64,000 nucleotides of DNA from a candidate division FCPU426 bacterium (GCA_963719085.1 CAVRAL010000004.1:864001-928000), one strand, 5' to 3'; counted from the first letter of the stretch, positions 9,862 to 18,915 are shown. Notes: a model not told the origin generated them from the letters alone. Program-made: numbers and translations.

Positions 9862-12171
9862 GTGGCCCTTGATTCCCTCACTGATAAACTTCTTTTTTCA
9901 CAGATCCAAAACCTGATCAAAACCCTCGTCAGCGGTAAATCCCTTTCGCCCGAAGTGGCGGTGCTGAAATCCATCCTGGAAGAAACCCATGAGGGCATCC
10001 TCATCGCCGGGGAAGAAGGCCGGATGCTTTTCATGAACCAAGCGGCGCGTAAAATTTACGGGGAGCACGACCTGACCCAGGTAAACCCGCGGAAGTGGGC
10101 CGAAACCTTCGGACTTTACAAAACCGACGGCTCCTCACTCATCAGCCCCGAGGATTTGCCCATGGCCCGCGTGCTGCGGGGCGAGGAAGTGGAAAACGCC
10201 GGGATCTTCGTCCGTAACGAGCGGGTGCCCGAGGGCGCGGTCCTCAATGTCCGGGGCCGTCCTTTAAAGGATGAAAAGGGAGCGATTAAAGGGGGGCTGC
10301 TTTTTTTAACCGACGTCACCCTGGTGAAGCGCGAACAGGTCCGGGCCCAGCGCATGGCCGACCTGGTGGATTTTTCGCCCATCGCCATCATCGAAACCAC
10401 CCCCGAGGGCCGCATCGTTTCCTGGAACGCGGGGGCCGAAAAGGTTTACGGCTATCAGGCCCATGAAATCGTGGGTAAGCCCTACAGCCAGTTGGTTCCC
10501 CTGGACAAATTAGGCGAGGTCCAAAACCAAATGGCCCAGCTTTTGCGGGGCGAGATCATTACGGAGCACGAGACGGTCCGCCAGCGCAAAAACGGGGAGA
10601 TCGCCGTCACTTGGTGCTCCGCCTCGCCGCTGTACGACGATCAACACCGGGTGCGGGGCTTCGCCCTGGTCACCCGGGACATGACCCGCCGGAAATTGAC
10701 GCCGTTGGTGGAACTGGTGCCCGAGGCGATCCTGGTCACCCTGCCGGATGGAACCATCACGGGATGGAACATGGGCGCCGCCAAAATTTTCGGCTACTCA
10801 AAAGAATTCATGCTGGGTAAAAATGTCATGGCCCTTTTCCCCCCGGAAAAACAAATGACGGCCCGGCAGTTGGTGGAGCGGGCGCGTTTCGGCGAGGCGC
10901 TTTTTGATTACGACACCTGGGGACGGCACAGCTCCGGGGAAACGGTCAGGCTGTCCTTAAGCCTGCTTCCCTCGCGGGACGGGGCGGGCCATATCGCCAA
11001 CCTCACGCTGGTGGCGCGCGACATCACCGAGCTGAAATTGGCCGAGGAGCGTATTTCCCAGTTGACCGCCCTGGTGGACTCCTCCCAAGAGGGCGTGGCC
11101 CGGGATGACTTGGAAGGCCGCATCCTTTACTGGAACAAGTCCGCCGAGCGGATTTACGGCTATAGCGCCGAGGAAGTTTTGGGAAAGCCGTTTTCCATGC
11201 TCATTCCCGAAGGCATGGCGGACGATTTTCCCAAGGTGGTGGGTTACATCCGGGAAGGACGGGCCCTCCAATACGAGGGGGTGCGCCGCCGCAAGGACGG
11301 GCGGTTGATCCACATTTCGGCGACCCTGGTCCCTTTGCGCGACCCCTCGGGCGAGATTTGCGGGGCTTCGATCTTCATTTCCGACATCAGCGAGCAGGTG
11401 CGCCTGCGGCAAGCCCTCAAGAGCCACGAGGAAAAACTGCAGCGCTCGCAAAAGATGGAAGCCGTCGGACGGCTCGCCAGCGGCATCGCCCATGATTTCA
11501 ACAATTGGCTGATGGTGCTTAAGGGAAACCTGTACACGCTGGAAAAAGAAACCTTAAGCGATGACGGCCGGGAGGCCGCGCGCCACATGGAAGACGTGGT
11601 CAAGATGGCCGCCGGCCTGACCCGGCAATTGCTTCTTTTCAGCCGGGGTCAGGCCAGCAAGGCCCGGCCCTCGGACTTGAACGCGGTCTTGAGCGAATGT
11701 CAGCCGCTTTTAAGGCCCCTGTTGAATCCCAATCTCCGCCTGACCCTGAAGCTTGCCGAATCACTTCCCCCCATCCTGGCCGACCCCACGGAATTGCACC
11801 AAGTGGTGATGAACCTGGTGGTCAACGCCAAGGACGCCATGTCCAAGGGCGGGGAAATCCAAATTCAATCCGGGGTGGCCGACGAGGACTTGGCCCGGCA
11901 GGCGGGAGCCACCCTGGCCCCGATGGCGGAAAACACCTGGGTCTATTTCTCAGTGAGGGATGAAGGCGAAGGCATGGACGAGGAAACCCTCCGGCACATC
12001 TTCGAGCCCTTTTTCACCACCAAGGCCGAGGGAAAGGGAACCGGATTGGGGTTGGCTTTGGTTTACGGCATCGTGGGTAAGCACGGGGGTCAGATTTTCA
12101 CCCGCAGTGAAAAGGGCAAGGGCAGTACTTTTTATTTGGCTTTCCCCGCCTGCGCTTCCGCCGGAAAATAA
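9862..12171 (+). CDS. Multi-PAS sensor histidine kinase
   Basis: Four PAS repeats (three with WNxxAxxxxGY), H-box GIAHDFNN, N-box, DEGEGM, FEPFFTTK, GTGLGL; no receiver domain. Confidence 0.93.
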   Translation: MALDSLTDKLLFSQIQNLIKTLVSGKSLSPEVAVLKSILEETHEGILIAGEEGRMLFMNQAARKIYGEHDLTQVNPRKWAETFGLYKTDGSSLISPEDLPMARVLRGEEVENAGIFVRNERVPEGAVLNVRGRPLKDEKGAIKGGLLFLTDVTLVKREQVRAQRMADLVDFSPIAIIETTPEGRIVSWNAGAEKVYGYQAHEIVGKPYSQLVPLDKLGEVQNQMAQLLRGEIITEHETVRQRKNGEIAVTWCSASPLYDDQHRVRGFALVTRDMTRRKLTPLVELVPEAILVTLPDGTITGWNMGAAKIFGYSKEFMLGKNVMALFPPEKQMTARQLVERARFGEALFDYDTWGRHSSGETVRLSLSLLPSRDGAGHIANLTLVARDITELKLAEERISQLTALVDSSQEGVARDDLEGRILYWNKSAERIYGYSAEEVLGKPFSMLIPEGMADDFPKVVGYIREGRALQYEGVRRRKDGRLIHISATLVPLRDPSGEICGASIFISDISEQVRLRQALKSHEEKLQRSQKMEAVGRLASGIAHDFNNWLMVLKGNLYTLEKETLSDDGREAARHMEDVVKMAAGLTRQLLLFSRGQASKARPSDLNAVLSECQPLLRPLLNPNLRLTLKLAESLPPILADPTELHQVVMNLVVNAKDAMSKGGEIQIQSGVADEDLARQAGATLAPMAENTWVYFSVRDEGEGMDEETLRHIFEPFFTTKAEGKGTGLGLALVYGIVGKHGGQIFTRSEKGKGSTFYLAFPACASAGK

Positions 12172-13446
12172 TCAGATCCTCGAGAGGTTCAAATCCGCGC
12201 AGAGGATATAGGTTTCCCCGGTCGCGGCTTCGCTCACGGTTTGGGCCACGGTCACGCAGAAATTTCCCGAGTTCATCGACACCATAGGCTCGCTGACGTG
12301 GCGGTTTTCGCCCCCCGCCAGGGTATAAAAATATTCCCGGAATGAATGGTCCGCGCCCTTGGGCGAGGGCTGGAACAGCACCTTCTTGCGCTCGGGAATA
12401 TGGGTCTCACTGCAGACGGCCGGCGTGATCTGGGTGCCTTCGGAATCCAAAAGATAAAGGCATTCCAGCGCGGGATAATTCTTGAATTGCAGCCCAAATG
12501 TTTTCTCCATTTGCGGGACCGAAAGGTTCTCGAAGCGCTGGAAGATGGAATTGCCGATCCAGCCGCAGCGGCTTTTAAGCTGCAGGTCCCGCTTGGCTCG
12601 CGTGGCCGCGCGGCGGCGGTACCGGGAGGCTAAAAACTGCATCCGGGCCTTGCGGCCCAGCGTGAAGACCGTGGGCGCCTTGTAGTTTCTTGAGAAATAG
12701 CCGCCCTGCAAAAGATCCACGCCCATTTCCAGCGCCACCAGCGCGTCCTCCTCGCTTTCCACGCCGTTGACCATCACCAAGACCCCCAGCGAATGGGCCA
12801 GTTTCAAGACCGACCGGTAGGCGTCCTGCTTTTCCGGGCGGGCGGAAAGCCCCCGGGTCATCGATTCCTCAAAACGCACCATATCGGGGTTGCATTTGAG
12901 CACCATATCCAAATGATCGGGCCGGTTTTTGACGTCGGTCAGCGCGATCAAAAAATGGTGGCTGCGCTGCAGATGGATGAATTTTTTCACGTAGGCCGGA
13001 TCCATGTCGGCGGCCAGGGAAATTTGAATGACCACCTGCTGGGGATCAAGGGAAAGTTCCTTGACCTGGCGCAAGAGATGGCCGGACCCCACGATGGCCC
13101 CCTCCAAAATCGAGGGCTCGATCCCTAAAAATAAAAGCAGGTTGGGCATTTGGGTTTGGAAAGGGGAAAAATCCTCCAGCCCTTTTTTGCGGAAAAGCCG
13201 GTCCAGCGCCAGTTTCAATCCGGGTTCCTCATCGCCCATGCCCCTAAAAAGATCCTGGGGCTCGATGAGGGATTGGTTCTCCGGATTCACGGCCCGGCTC
13301 AAGGTCTCCAAGCCGATCACGCCCATCTTTTGAACCGACAGCACGGGCTCAAAAAAAGACGCCACGCTGTTTTGTTCCAAAATGTAAAAGGGATGAACGG
13401 GATAAGACGCCAACGATCCGTCCACAGTGTTGGGTTCCGGTTGCAT
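12172..13446 (-). CDS. EAL-domain protein with C-terminal YkuI_C/Cache-like domain; degenerate EAL
   Basis: FFEPV..GLETLSR, NGVESEED, LLQGGYF; C-terminal YLLDSEGTQIT...GADHSFREYF. Confidence 0.8.
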   Translation of the reverse strand: MQPEPNTVDGSLASYPVHPFYILEQNSVASFFEPVLSVQKMGVIGLETLSRAVNPENQSLIEPQDLFRGMGDEEPGLKLALDRLFRKKGLEDFSPFQTQMPNLLLFLGIEPSILEGAIVGSGHLLRQVKELSLDPQQVVIQISLAADMDPAYVKKFIHLQRSHHFLIALTDVKNRPDHLDMVLKCNPDMVRFEESMTRGLSARPEKQDAYRSVLKLAHSLGVLVMVNGVESEEDALVALEMGVDLLQGGYFSRNYKAPTVFTLGRKARMQFLASRYRRRAATRAKRDLQLKSRCGWIGNSIFQRFENLSVPQMEKTFGLQFKNYPALECLYLLDSEGTQITPAVCSETHIPERKKVLFQPSPKGADHSFREYFYTLAGGENRHVSEPMVSMNSGNFCVTVAQTVSEAATGETYILCADLNLSRI

Positions 13447-13484
13447 CGTGTAGGCCCTCCTGGTAAAGCGTTGCCTTTGTTAAA

Positions 13485-13501
13485 AGCATTTGCCGTGCCA
13501 A
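13485..13501 (-). promoter_or_regulatory. Putative sigma-54 (-24/-12) promoter of the EAL gene
   Basis: Minus strand TTGGCACG-GCAA-ATGCT about 40 nt upstream of the ATG; RBS GGAGG at 13456-13460. Confidence 0.65.
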
Positions 13502-13801
13502 AGAAAACCAGGGAATTTAGGGGCCTCTTTACAATTCTGTAGAGGCTAAGGATTTTGCCAAGAGGGGCGGAGGGCTATAAAAACGTTTGAGGAAAAACGC
13601 GCGGGGACAAGCGATGCCCCGAAAATGGGCATGATAACGTTATCGGCGAAAATCCTGACAAACCTGAAAATCGATTTTTTAACGAAAAGTGTAGGAGGGT
13701 ACAAAATTGGGAGCTGTTGTCGTCCCCATTCGGGAGACTTTGCCTCCCGGTCAGGAGACTTTGCCTATTTATTGACTTGGCAAAAGCGAAGCGAAGGACG
13801 G

Positions 13802-14272
13802 CTAGAATTTTAAGAACTCAATCGTGTCGCGCCGGTGCTCAAAAACCCGGCGGATATCGGACTTCACCAAATGTTCCACGAAGGGATGACGGATGATGGG
13901 GGGAAGCTCGAAAGTGATCCGGTCCGTCATACGGGTCTTCGATTTGCCCGCGGCTCCCAGGAAAATATGCTCATGTTTGAAAAAAGAGTAGGGCCCCTTG
14001 AGTTGAATATAAGAAAAACGCCGATGGGGTTCCCAGTCCACGATCCGCGATTGCCAATGCATGGGCACGCCGCGGAAAAACATGAGGTAGTCCAGCCGGG
14101 TTCCGGCGCGAAGACGGGGGGTGGATTTTTTCAAAACTTTAAAGCCCAGCCAGGGAGGCGTCAGCCGTTGGATGGTTTTCTCATCGGCGAAATAAGTGAA
14201 GGCCTTCGCCGGGGGAATCGGCAGGGTTTGGGCGATGGAGTAACGGTGATAGGAAGCGGGCCGGGGGGTCAT
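13802..14272 (-). CDS. SRPBCC family protein
   Basis: LTPPWL, W.SRI, QLKGPY..F.HEH, T.MTDRI. Confidence 0.85.
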   Translation of the reverse strand: MTPRPASYHRYSIAQTLPIPPAKAFTYFADEKTIQRLTPPWLGFKVLKKSTPRLRAGTRLDYLMFFRGVPMHWQSRIVDWEPHRRFSYIQLKGPYSFFKHEHIFLGAAGKSKTRMTDRITFELPPIIRHPFVEHLVKSDIRRVFEHRRDTIEFLKF

Positions 14273-14433
14273 TGGCCGATTGTAAAACAGCTTTTAAATA
14301 AAAAGAAAGGGAGATTGAGTTTGTTGAGAGCTTTACTTTGAGCGGTTTTTTTGAGGGTGCTTCGGGGGCGAGGTTTCAGCGGAAAAGAAACGGGCCGGAT
14401 TTAGTTAAGAAAAACCCAGCCCGGAATGTCAGC

Positions 14434-14481
14434 TTACTTTTTCTTTTTCTTCGCGGCCTTCTTTTTTTTCTTCGTTGCCAT
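14434..14481 (-). CDS. 15-aa Lys-rich microprotein MATKKKKKAAKKKKK
   Basis: ATG..TAA with GGGGGGA RBS, upstream extended -10 promoter and downstream terminator; below the ORF-track cutoff. Confidence 0.65.
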   Translation of the reverse strand: MATKKKKKAAKKKKK

Positions 14482-14603
14482 TAAAAATCCCCCCCTTTTT
14501 TGGCTTCGTAACTAGACTTTATTTTAGCACTTTCTCCCTGATTTGACAGCTTTACTTTGCGCCCGGACCCTTTCCGGGCGGCGGGGATTTTTTTAAAAAT
14601 ATT

Positions 14604-15590
14604 TTAAGACGGGACCGATGGGGAATTTTCAGGCGGCGGCTCCGCGGGTTTCTCCGCCGCCGCGGTTTCTTGAATCAGAAACAAAGTTCCCCAAGGTTTG
14701 CCCGAGGGGCTGACGCCCAGCGAGCTGTCAAAACGAAAACGCTTGGGAACCTTTTTCCATTCCAAGTCCACGTAATGGCGCTTGAGATCCTGGCGCTGCT
14801 CGATGGATTGACGCATCACCTCGCTGAGGGGGCCCAGGGGGTTGTCCTTGGCCCGGAGATCGGTGTTGCGCAGGGCCCGGGGGTTTAAATCCAACAGTTT
14901 GCTCACCTTGGCATTGGCGAAAATGACGTAACCATCGGTGGAAACGGCCAGGGCGCCCAGAGGCAGGCCGTCCAGCACGCTTTTCAAAAGCCCCGCGTAT
15001 TCCAAGGTGGCCTGGTCGCCTTTGGCCACCTTTTCGGTCAAAAGATCAATGCGCTGGGCCAAAAGCACCATGTCCTTTTCTTCCTGTACGGTCCGGTAGG
15101 CCAGGTACCCGGAGTGGATGGCCACCACAAAGATCAGGGCGCAGGCCAAAAGGAAAAAAGGATCCATATAGTTAAAGTCGGGATTCTTGTTGTAAAGCAG
15201 GTCCACATAGACCGAGGTGACCATGACCGCCACCACCAGGCTTCGGCCCATGGATTGGCTTAAGGCCGAGATGAAAAAGGTCAGGAACATCACGATCAAA
15301 AGCTGGGTGTCAAAGCCGTCAAAAAGGTAAAGCGCGCCCAAAAGAAAAATCAGGTCCATGGCGAAGACCAGGTATTGGAGCCTCACGCTTTTAAAACGGT
15401 CCTCGTCCCAGAAATAAAAGGGGATGAAGGAAGCCGCCAAAAGGGCGGCGTAAACCAAAACGGTTATTTTTTGAGCCGGATTATTTTGGAGGTAAAAAAA
15501 AGCCAGGCAGCCCAGGATCAGGCTGAGGACCAAGCGGATGAGAAAAACATTTTTTTTAACGTGAGGCGTAGCCTGCTGGAAGGTTTCCAT
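14604..15590 (-). CDS. Membrane protein with C-terminal PAS-like domain
   Basis: About 6 TM helices, coiled coil, then VLDGLPLGALAVSTDGYVIFAN; no output domain. Confidence 0.65.
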   Translation of the reverse strand: METFQQATPHVKKNVFLIRLVLSLILGCLAFFYLQNNPAQKITVLVYAALLAASFIPFYFWDEDRFKSVRLQYLVFAMDLIFLLGALYLFDGFDTQLLIVMFLTFFISALSQSMGRSLVVAVMVTSVYVDLLYNKNPDFNYMDPFFLLACALIFVVAIHSGYLAYRTVQEEKDMVLLAQRIDLLTEKVAKGDQATLEYAGLLKSVLDGLPLGALAVSTDGYVIFANAKVSKLLDLNPRALRNTDLRAKDNPLGPLSEVMRQSIEQRQDLKRHYVDLEWKKVPKRFRFDSSLGVSPSGKPWGTLFLIQETAAAEKPAEPPPENSPSVPS

Positions 15591-15652
15591 GTTAGCCTCG
15601 GGTTCATTTCTTTTCGCCGTCTCCTTGATTATAACAGGGCAAGGTTCTTTAA

Positions 15653-16591
15653 GTGAAAACCCAAAAGCAATCCTATCCCTTCAGCGTTTGGCTGGCGCTG
15701 GCCTCGGTTTACCTGATCTGGGGATCGACTTATTTGGCCATCCGCTTCGCGGTGGACAGCATCCCCCCTTATTTCATGGCGGGGACCCGCTTTCTTATTT
15801 CGGGCGCCGTTCTTTACGCCTGCGTCCGGTTCTTCGGCGCCGCCCGTCCCACGATGGTCCATTGGCGCTCCACGGCGGTTATTGGCTTCCTGCTCATCAC
15901 GCTGGCCAATGGCGCGGTTTCTTGGGCCGAGCAAAAAGTTCCCTCGGGCATCGCCTGCCTTTTGGTGGCCACGGTTCCTTTGTGGATGGTCTTGCTCAAT
16001 TGGCTGTGGAAAAAAAACGAGCGGCCGGGGATTTTGCTCAGCGCGGGATTGGCGATGGGGTTTTTAGGGACGGCCTGGCTGGCGTTTTTTTGCGGCGGGG
16101 TTTCACAAACCTTCGCCGCCGCCGGCGTGGACGCCGCGCGGCCTTGGCGGGTTATGGCCTTGGTGGGCTCCTCGGTCATTTGGGCGGCCGGCTCTTTAAC
16201 CGCCAGGTCGCTGACCTTGCCGAAGTCCGGCCTGCTTTCGGCGGCCATGGAAATGATTTGGGGCGGGTTGTTTCAATTGGCGCTCTCAGGCCTTTTGGGG
16301 GAATGGAGCCAAGTTGATTTCCACCGCTTCACGCCTTCTTCCGAATGGTCCTGGCTTTACCTGACCTTGATTGGGTCTTTGGTCGGGTTTACCTCTTATA
16401 TTTGGGTCCTGCAAAAGTCCACCCCCGCGCTGGCCTCGACCTACGCTTTCGTGAATCCGGTGATCGCGGTGCTGTTGGGATGGCTTTTGGCCGGCGAGGC
16501 CGTGACCCTGCCGGTCTTCGCCGCCGCGGGGCTCATTGTGGCGGGCGTGGTGTTGATTACGCTGGCACCGCGAGGTAAGAAAAAGACTTAA
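15653..16591 (+). CDS. EamA/DMT transporter (YedA-like)
   Basis: VYLIWGSTYLAIR, YAFVNPVIAVLLG. Confidence 0.9.
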   Translation: MKTQKQSYPFSVWLALASVYLIWGSTYLAIRFAVDSIPPYFMAGTRFLISGAVLYACVRFFGAARPTMVHWRSTAVIGFLLITLANGAVSWAEQKVPSGIACLLVATVPLWMVLLNWLWKKNERPGILLSAGLAMGFLGTAWLAFFCGGVSQTFAAAGVDAARPWRVMALVGSSVIWAAGSLTARSLTLPKSGLLSAAMEMIWGGLFQLALSGLLGEWSQVDFHRFTPSSEWSWLYLTLIGSLVGFTSYIWVLQKSTPALASTYAFVNPVIAVLLGWLLAGEAVTLPVFAAAGLIVAGVVLITLAPRGKKKT

Positions 16592-16606
16592 AAGCAGACC
16601 TCATTT

Positions 16607-16680
16607 ACAATGATGGACGCAGATTCAATAAAGTCTGAATTTACGATTTTACATCGGCGTGTATCTGCGCGCGTCATTGT
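16607..16680. repeat. Family C inverted-repeat element
   Basis: ACAATGATGGACGCAGAT...ATCTGCGCGCGTCATTGT. Confidence 0.75.
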
Positions 16681-16709
16681 TCCAATGATTTTTGTTAAAG
16701 GAGTTGACC

Positions 16710-17168
16710 ATGCTCGATTATTTCAAACGCCTCTTTCAATACAATGCCTGGGCGCAGGAGCGGATTTTGGCGGCGCTGGAAAAGATTGATCCCGCGTCCC
16801 TGGACGAAAAAGCCGTTAAGATCGCGGGCCATATCCTTTTGGCCAGCCGCATGTGGCTGAACCGGCTCTTAGGGAAACCCAATATCGACATGTCCCAGGT
16901 TTTAACCCTGGCCCAATGCCGCGCGCTTTTTGAGGAACTCAAGCCCGAATGGAAAGCCTATTTGGAGGGTCTCCGCGAAAACAGCTTAAGTGGAAAAACC
17001 GCTTACCAAACCACCCAAGGCAAGAGCTATGAGAATGTCCTGTCCGATGTGCTGGCCCATTTGGTGAACCATTCCACCTATCACCGGGGCCAGGTCGCCA
17101 CATTGATCAAAAAGTCGGGCGGAGAAGTGCCTTTCACCGATTTCATCGCTTTTGTGAGGCAGCCATAG
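16710..17168 (+). CDS. DinB family protein
   Basis: YNAWA, GHI, HLVNHSTYHRGQ, TDFI. Confidence 0.9.
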   Translation: MLDYFKRLFQYNAWAQERILAALEKIDPASLDEKAVKIAGHILLASRMWLNRLLGKPNIDMSQVLTLAQCRALFEELKPEWKAYLEGLRENSLSGKTAYQTTQGKSYENVLSDVLAHLVNHSTYHRGQVATLIKKSGGEVPFTDFIAFVRQP

Positions 17169-17209
17169 GTTGTCGAAAGGACAATCCTATATAAAGAATA
17201 TATTTAACT

Positions 17210-17246
17210 CCCTCTCCCTTGAGGGGAGAGGGTTGGGGCGAGGGTG
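17210..17246. repeat. REP-like palindrome, family D
   Basis: CCCTCTCCCTTGAGGGGAGAGGGTTGGGGCGAGGGTG; copies at 20561 and 21637. Confidence 0.8.
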
Positions 17247-17344
17247 AATCCGGCTAAGAGGGAGCGGGTCTTTGTTTTATGCCTGTTTTGCCAAGGTTTA
17301 GCGTTCGGATTTTTGTATCGGTTGCCTGGGGCCTGCGTTAAAAT

Positions 17345-17817
17345 AGGGCTACCGGATGAATTGCCCCTGTTTTAGGGGCCCGGGGCTCGTCAAGGGGCGA
17401 ATAGGCCGGTTTAGTCAGCCTTTAAAGGGGATGACTTAAGGCCGGTGGATTCCTAACTTGATAGGCAGAGATGGTTCTTTTAAAAGATGTCGCCACGAGG
17501 CCCATGCCGCTGATCTGACAATCACCGGGTCTTAAGGGAAGGCGATGACCAACCGTTGACCCTCTTTTGAGAAAAAACAACCTCAAGGGAAGCTAAGAAA
17601 CATCCAGAGCCGCTTTTCTGGACGGTTTCGAAGCTTGTGCCTGGAGCAGGCTCAAAAGACCCCAGTCAACGTTGTGATAGACTTTTAAAAGGGAAGGATT
17701 CCAAAAGGCCTAGGATCTTCGTGAGGTTTCACGGGACCCTGGGGATATTACTTACCCCTATTGGGAGGACGGTTCCACCCGCGCGCATCATCAACCCTTT
17801 GCCGCCGGTGTCGCTCT
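17345..17817 (+). ncRNA. Large structured ncRNA, OLE RNA-like, apparently lacking the 3' domain
   Basis: Nested long-range stems visible in the sequence (see findings). Segments CUGUUUU, UUAGUCAGCCUUUAAAGGGGAUGACUUAAGG and CCAUGCCGCUGAUCUGACAAUCACCGGGUCUUAAGGGAA match my recollection of the OLE 5' half in the same order; not checked with a covariance model. Confidence 0.65.
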
Positions 17818-17860
17818 TCGACCCGATTACAAAAAATTAACCCAATGAGGTGTAGTCGTT

Positions 17861-18817
17861 ATGTTACAAGTTGAAAACAAAGTCACCCCCCTGGTGGTTC
17901 CGTCGGCGACGACAAAGACCGCCAAAGCCATGTGGCGCAAGTTCACCCACGACGAGCAGATCGACTGGGGCGGCAGCATCGCGTTTTTCGGCGTGCACGT
18001 GATCGGGATCTGCGCGATTTTCACCGGCATCAGCTGGGCCGCCGTCGCCATGTGTTTCTTCATGTATTACATCCGCATGTTCGCCATCACGGGTGTTTAC
18101 CACCGTTACTTCTCCCACCGCACCTACAAGACCAGCCGGGTATTCCAGTTTATGCTGGCCTTCCTGGGCTGTTCCTGCGGCCAACAGGGCCCGCTTTGGT
18201 GGGCCGCCCATCACCGCCATCACCATAAGTACTCGGACACGGAAGAGGATGTGCACTCCCCCGGCCTTCGCGGCCTTTGGTGGGCCCACCTGGGTTGGAT
18301 CCTTTGCAAAAAGTACGCCCCGACCAAGGAAGAAAACGTGAAGGACTTGACCAAGTATCCGGAACTGATGTGGATCAACAAGTACCACGGGATCGCGCCT
18401 TTTCTTTTGGCCGTCGGCATCTTTTTCTTCGGCGCGTTTTTGCAAAAGGTCGCTCCCGGTCTTCACACCAACGGCCTCCAGATGATCGCTTGGGGGTTTT
18501 TCCTCAGCACCACCCTTCTTTATCACGGCACCTTCTGCATCAATTCGCTGGCCCACATTTTGGGCAAGAAGCGCTTTGAGACGGGGGATATGAGCAAAAA
18601 CAGCTTCATCCTTTCCATGATCACCATGGGAGAAGGCTGGCACAACAACCACCACCGCTATCCCTACTCGGAACGCCAAGGCATCTATTGGTGGGAGATC
18701 GACATGTCCCACTATGTGCTGACGGTTTTGTCCTGGTTCGGGCTGGTGTGGGACATCAAACTGCATCCTGAGGAAATTTACCAGGAAGCCAAAGGCCGCA
18801 AGGAAGTCGCGGCTTAA
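17861..18817 (+). CDS. Delta-9 type acyl-CoA/acyl-lipid fatty acid desaturase
   Basis: His boxes YHRYFSH, HRHHH, GEGWHNNHH; WWEID; RBS GAGGTG. Confidence 0.93.
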   Translation: MLQVENKVTPLVVPSATTKTAKAMWRKFTHDEQIDWGGSIAFFGVHVIGICAIFTGISWAAVAMCFFMYYIRMFAITGVYHRYFSHRTYKTSRVFQFMLAFLGCSCGQQGPLWWAAHHRHHHKYSDTEEDVHSPGLRGLWWAHLGWILCKKYAPTKEENVKDLTKYPELMWINKYHGIAPFLLAVGIFFFGAFLQKVAPGLHTNGLQMIAWGFFLSTTLLYHGTFCINSLAHILGKKRFETGDMSKNSFILSMITMGEGWHNNHHRYPYSERQGIYWWEIDMSHYVLTVLSWFGLVWDIKLHPEEIYQEAKGRKEVAA

Positions 18818-18840
18818 GTTTCTAAAAGGTTTCTGATTAA

Positions 18841-18877
18841 AAAAATAGAGGGGATCTATGATCCCCTCTATTTTTTT
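18841..18877. terminator. Bidirectional intrinsic terminator
   Basis: AAAAATAGAGGGGATC-TAT-GATCCCCTCTATTTTTTT. Confidence 0.85.
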
Positions 18878-18915
18878 GTCCCGGGCCCGTTCGAGAAGCA
18901 AAAAAACGGCTTTGG

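Noticed and set aside
13705..13770. c-di-GMP-I riboswitch-like GGCAAA-stem-GAC upstream of the EAL gene
   Set aside because: No GNRA loop, GCAAA junction or second stem, and it lies upstream of the putative sigma-54 promoter; better read as a direct repeat
17525..17700. Cobalamin-riboswitch-like AAGGGAA words
   Set aside because: No B12 box or CCGCAACUG element; the words sit inside the larger OLE-like fold
17637..17840. 67-aa ORF within the ncRNA region
   Set aside because: No RBS or recognisable protein features; overlaps the paired regions
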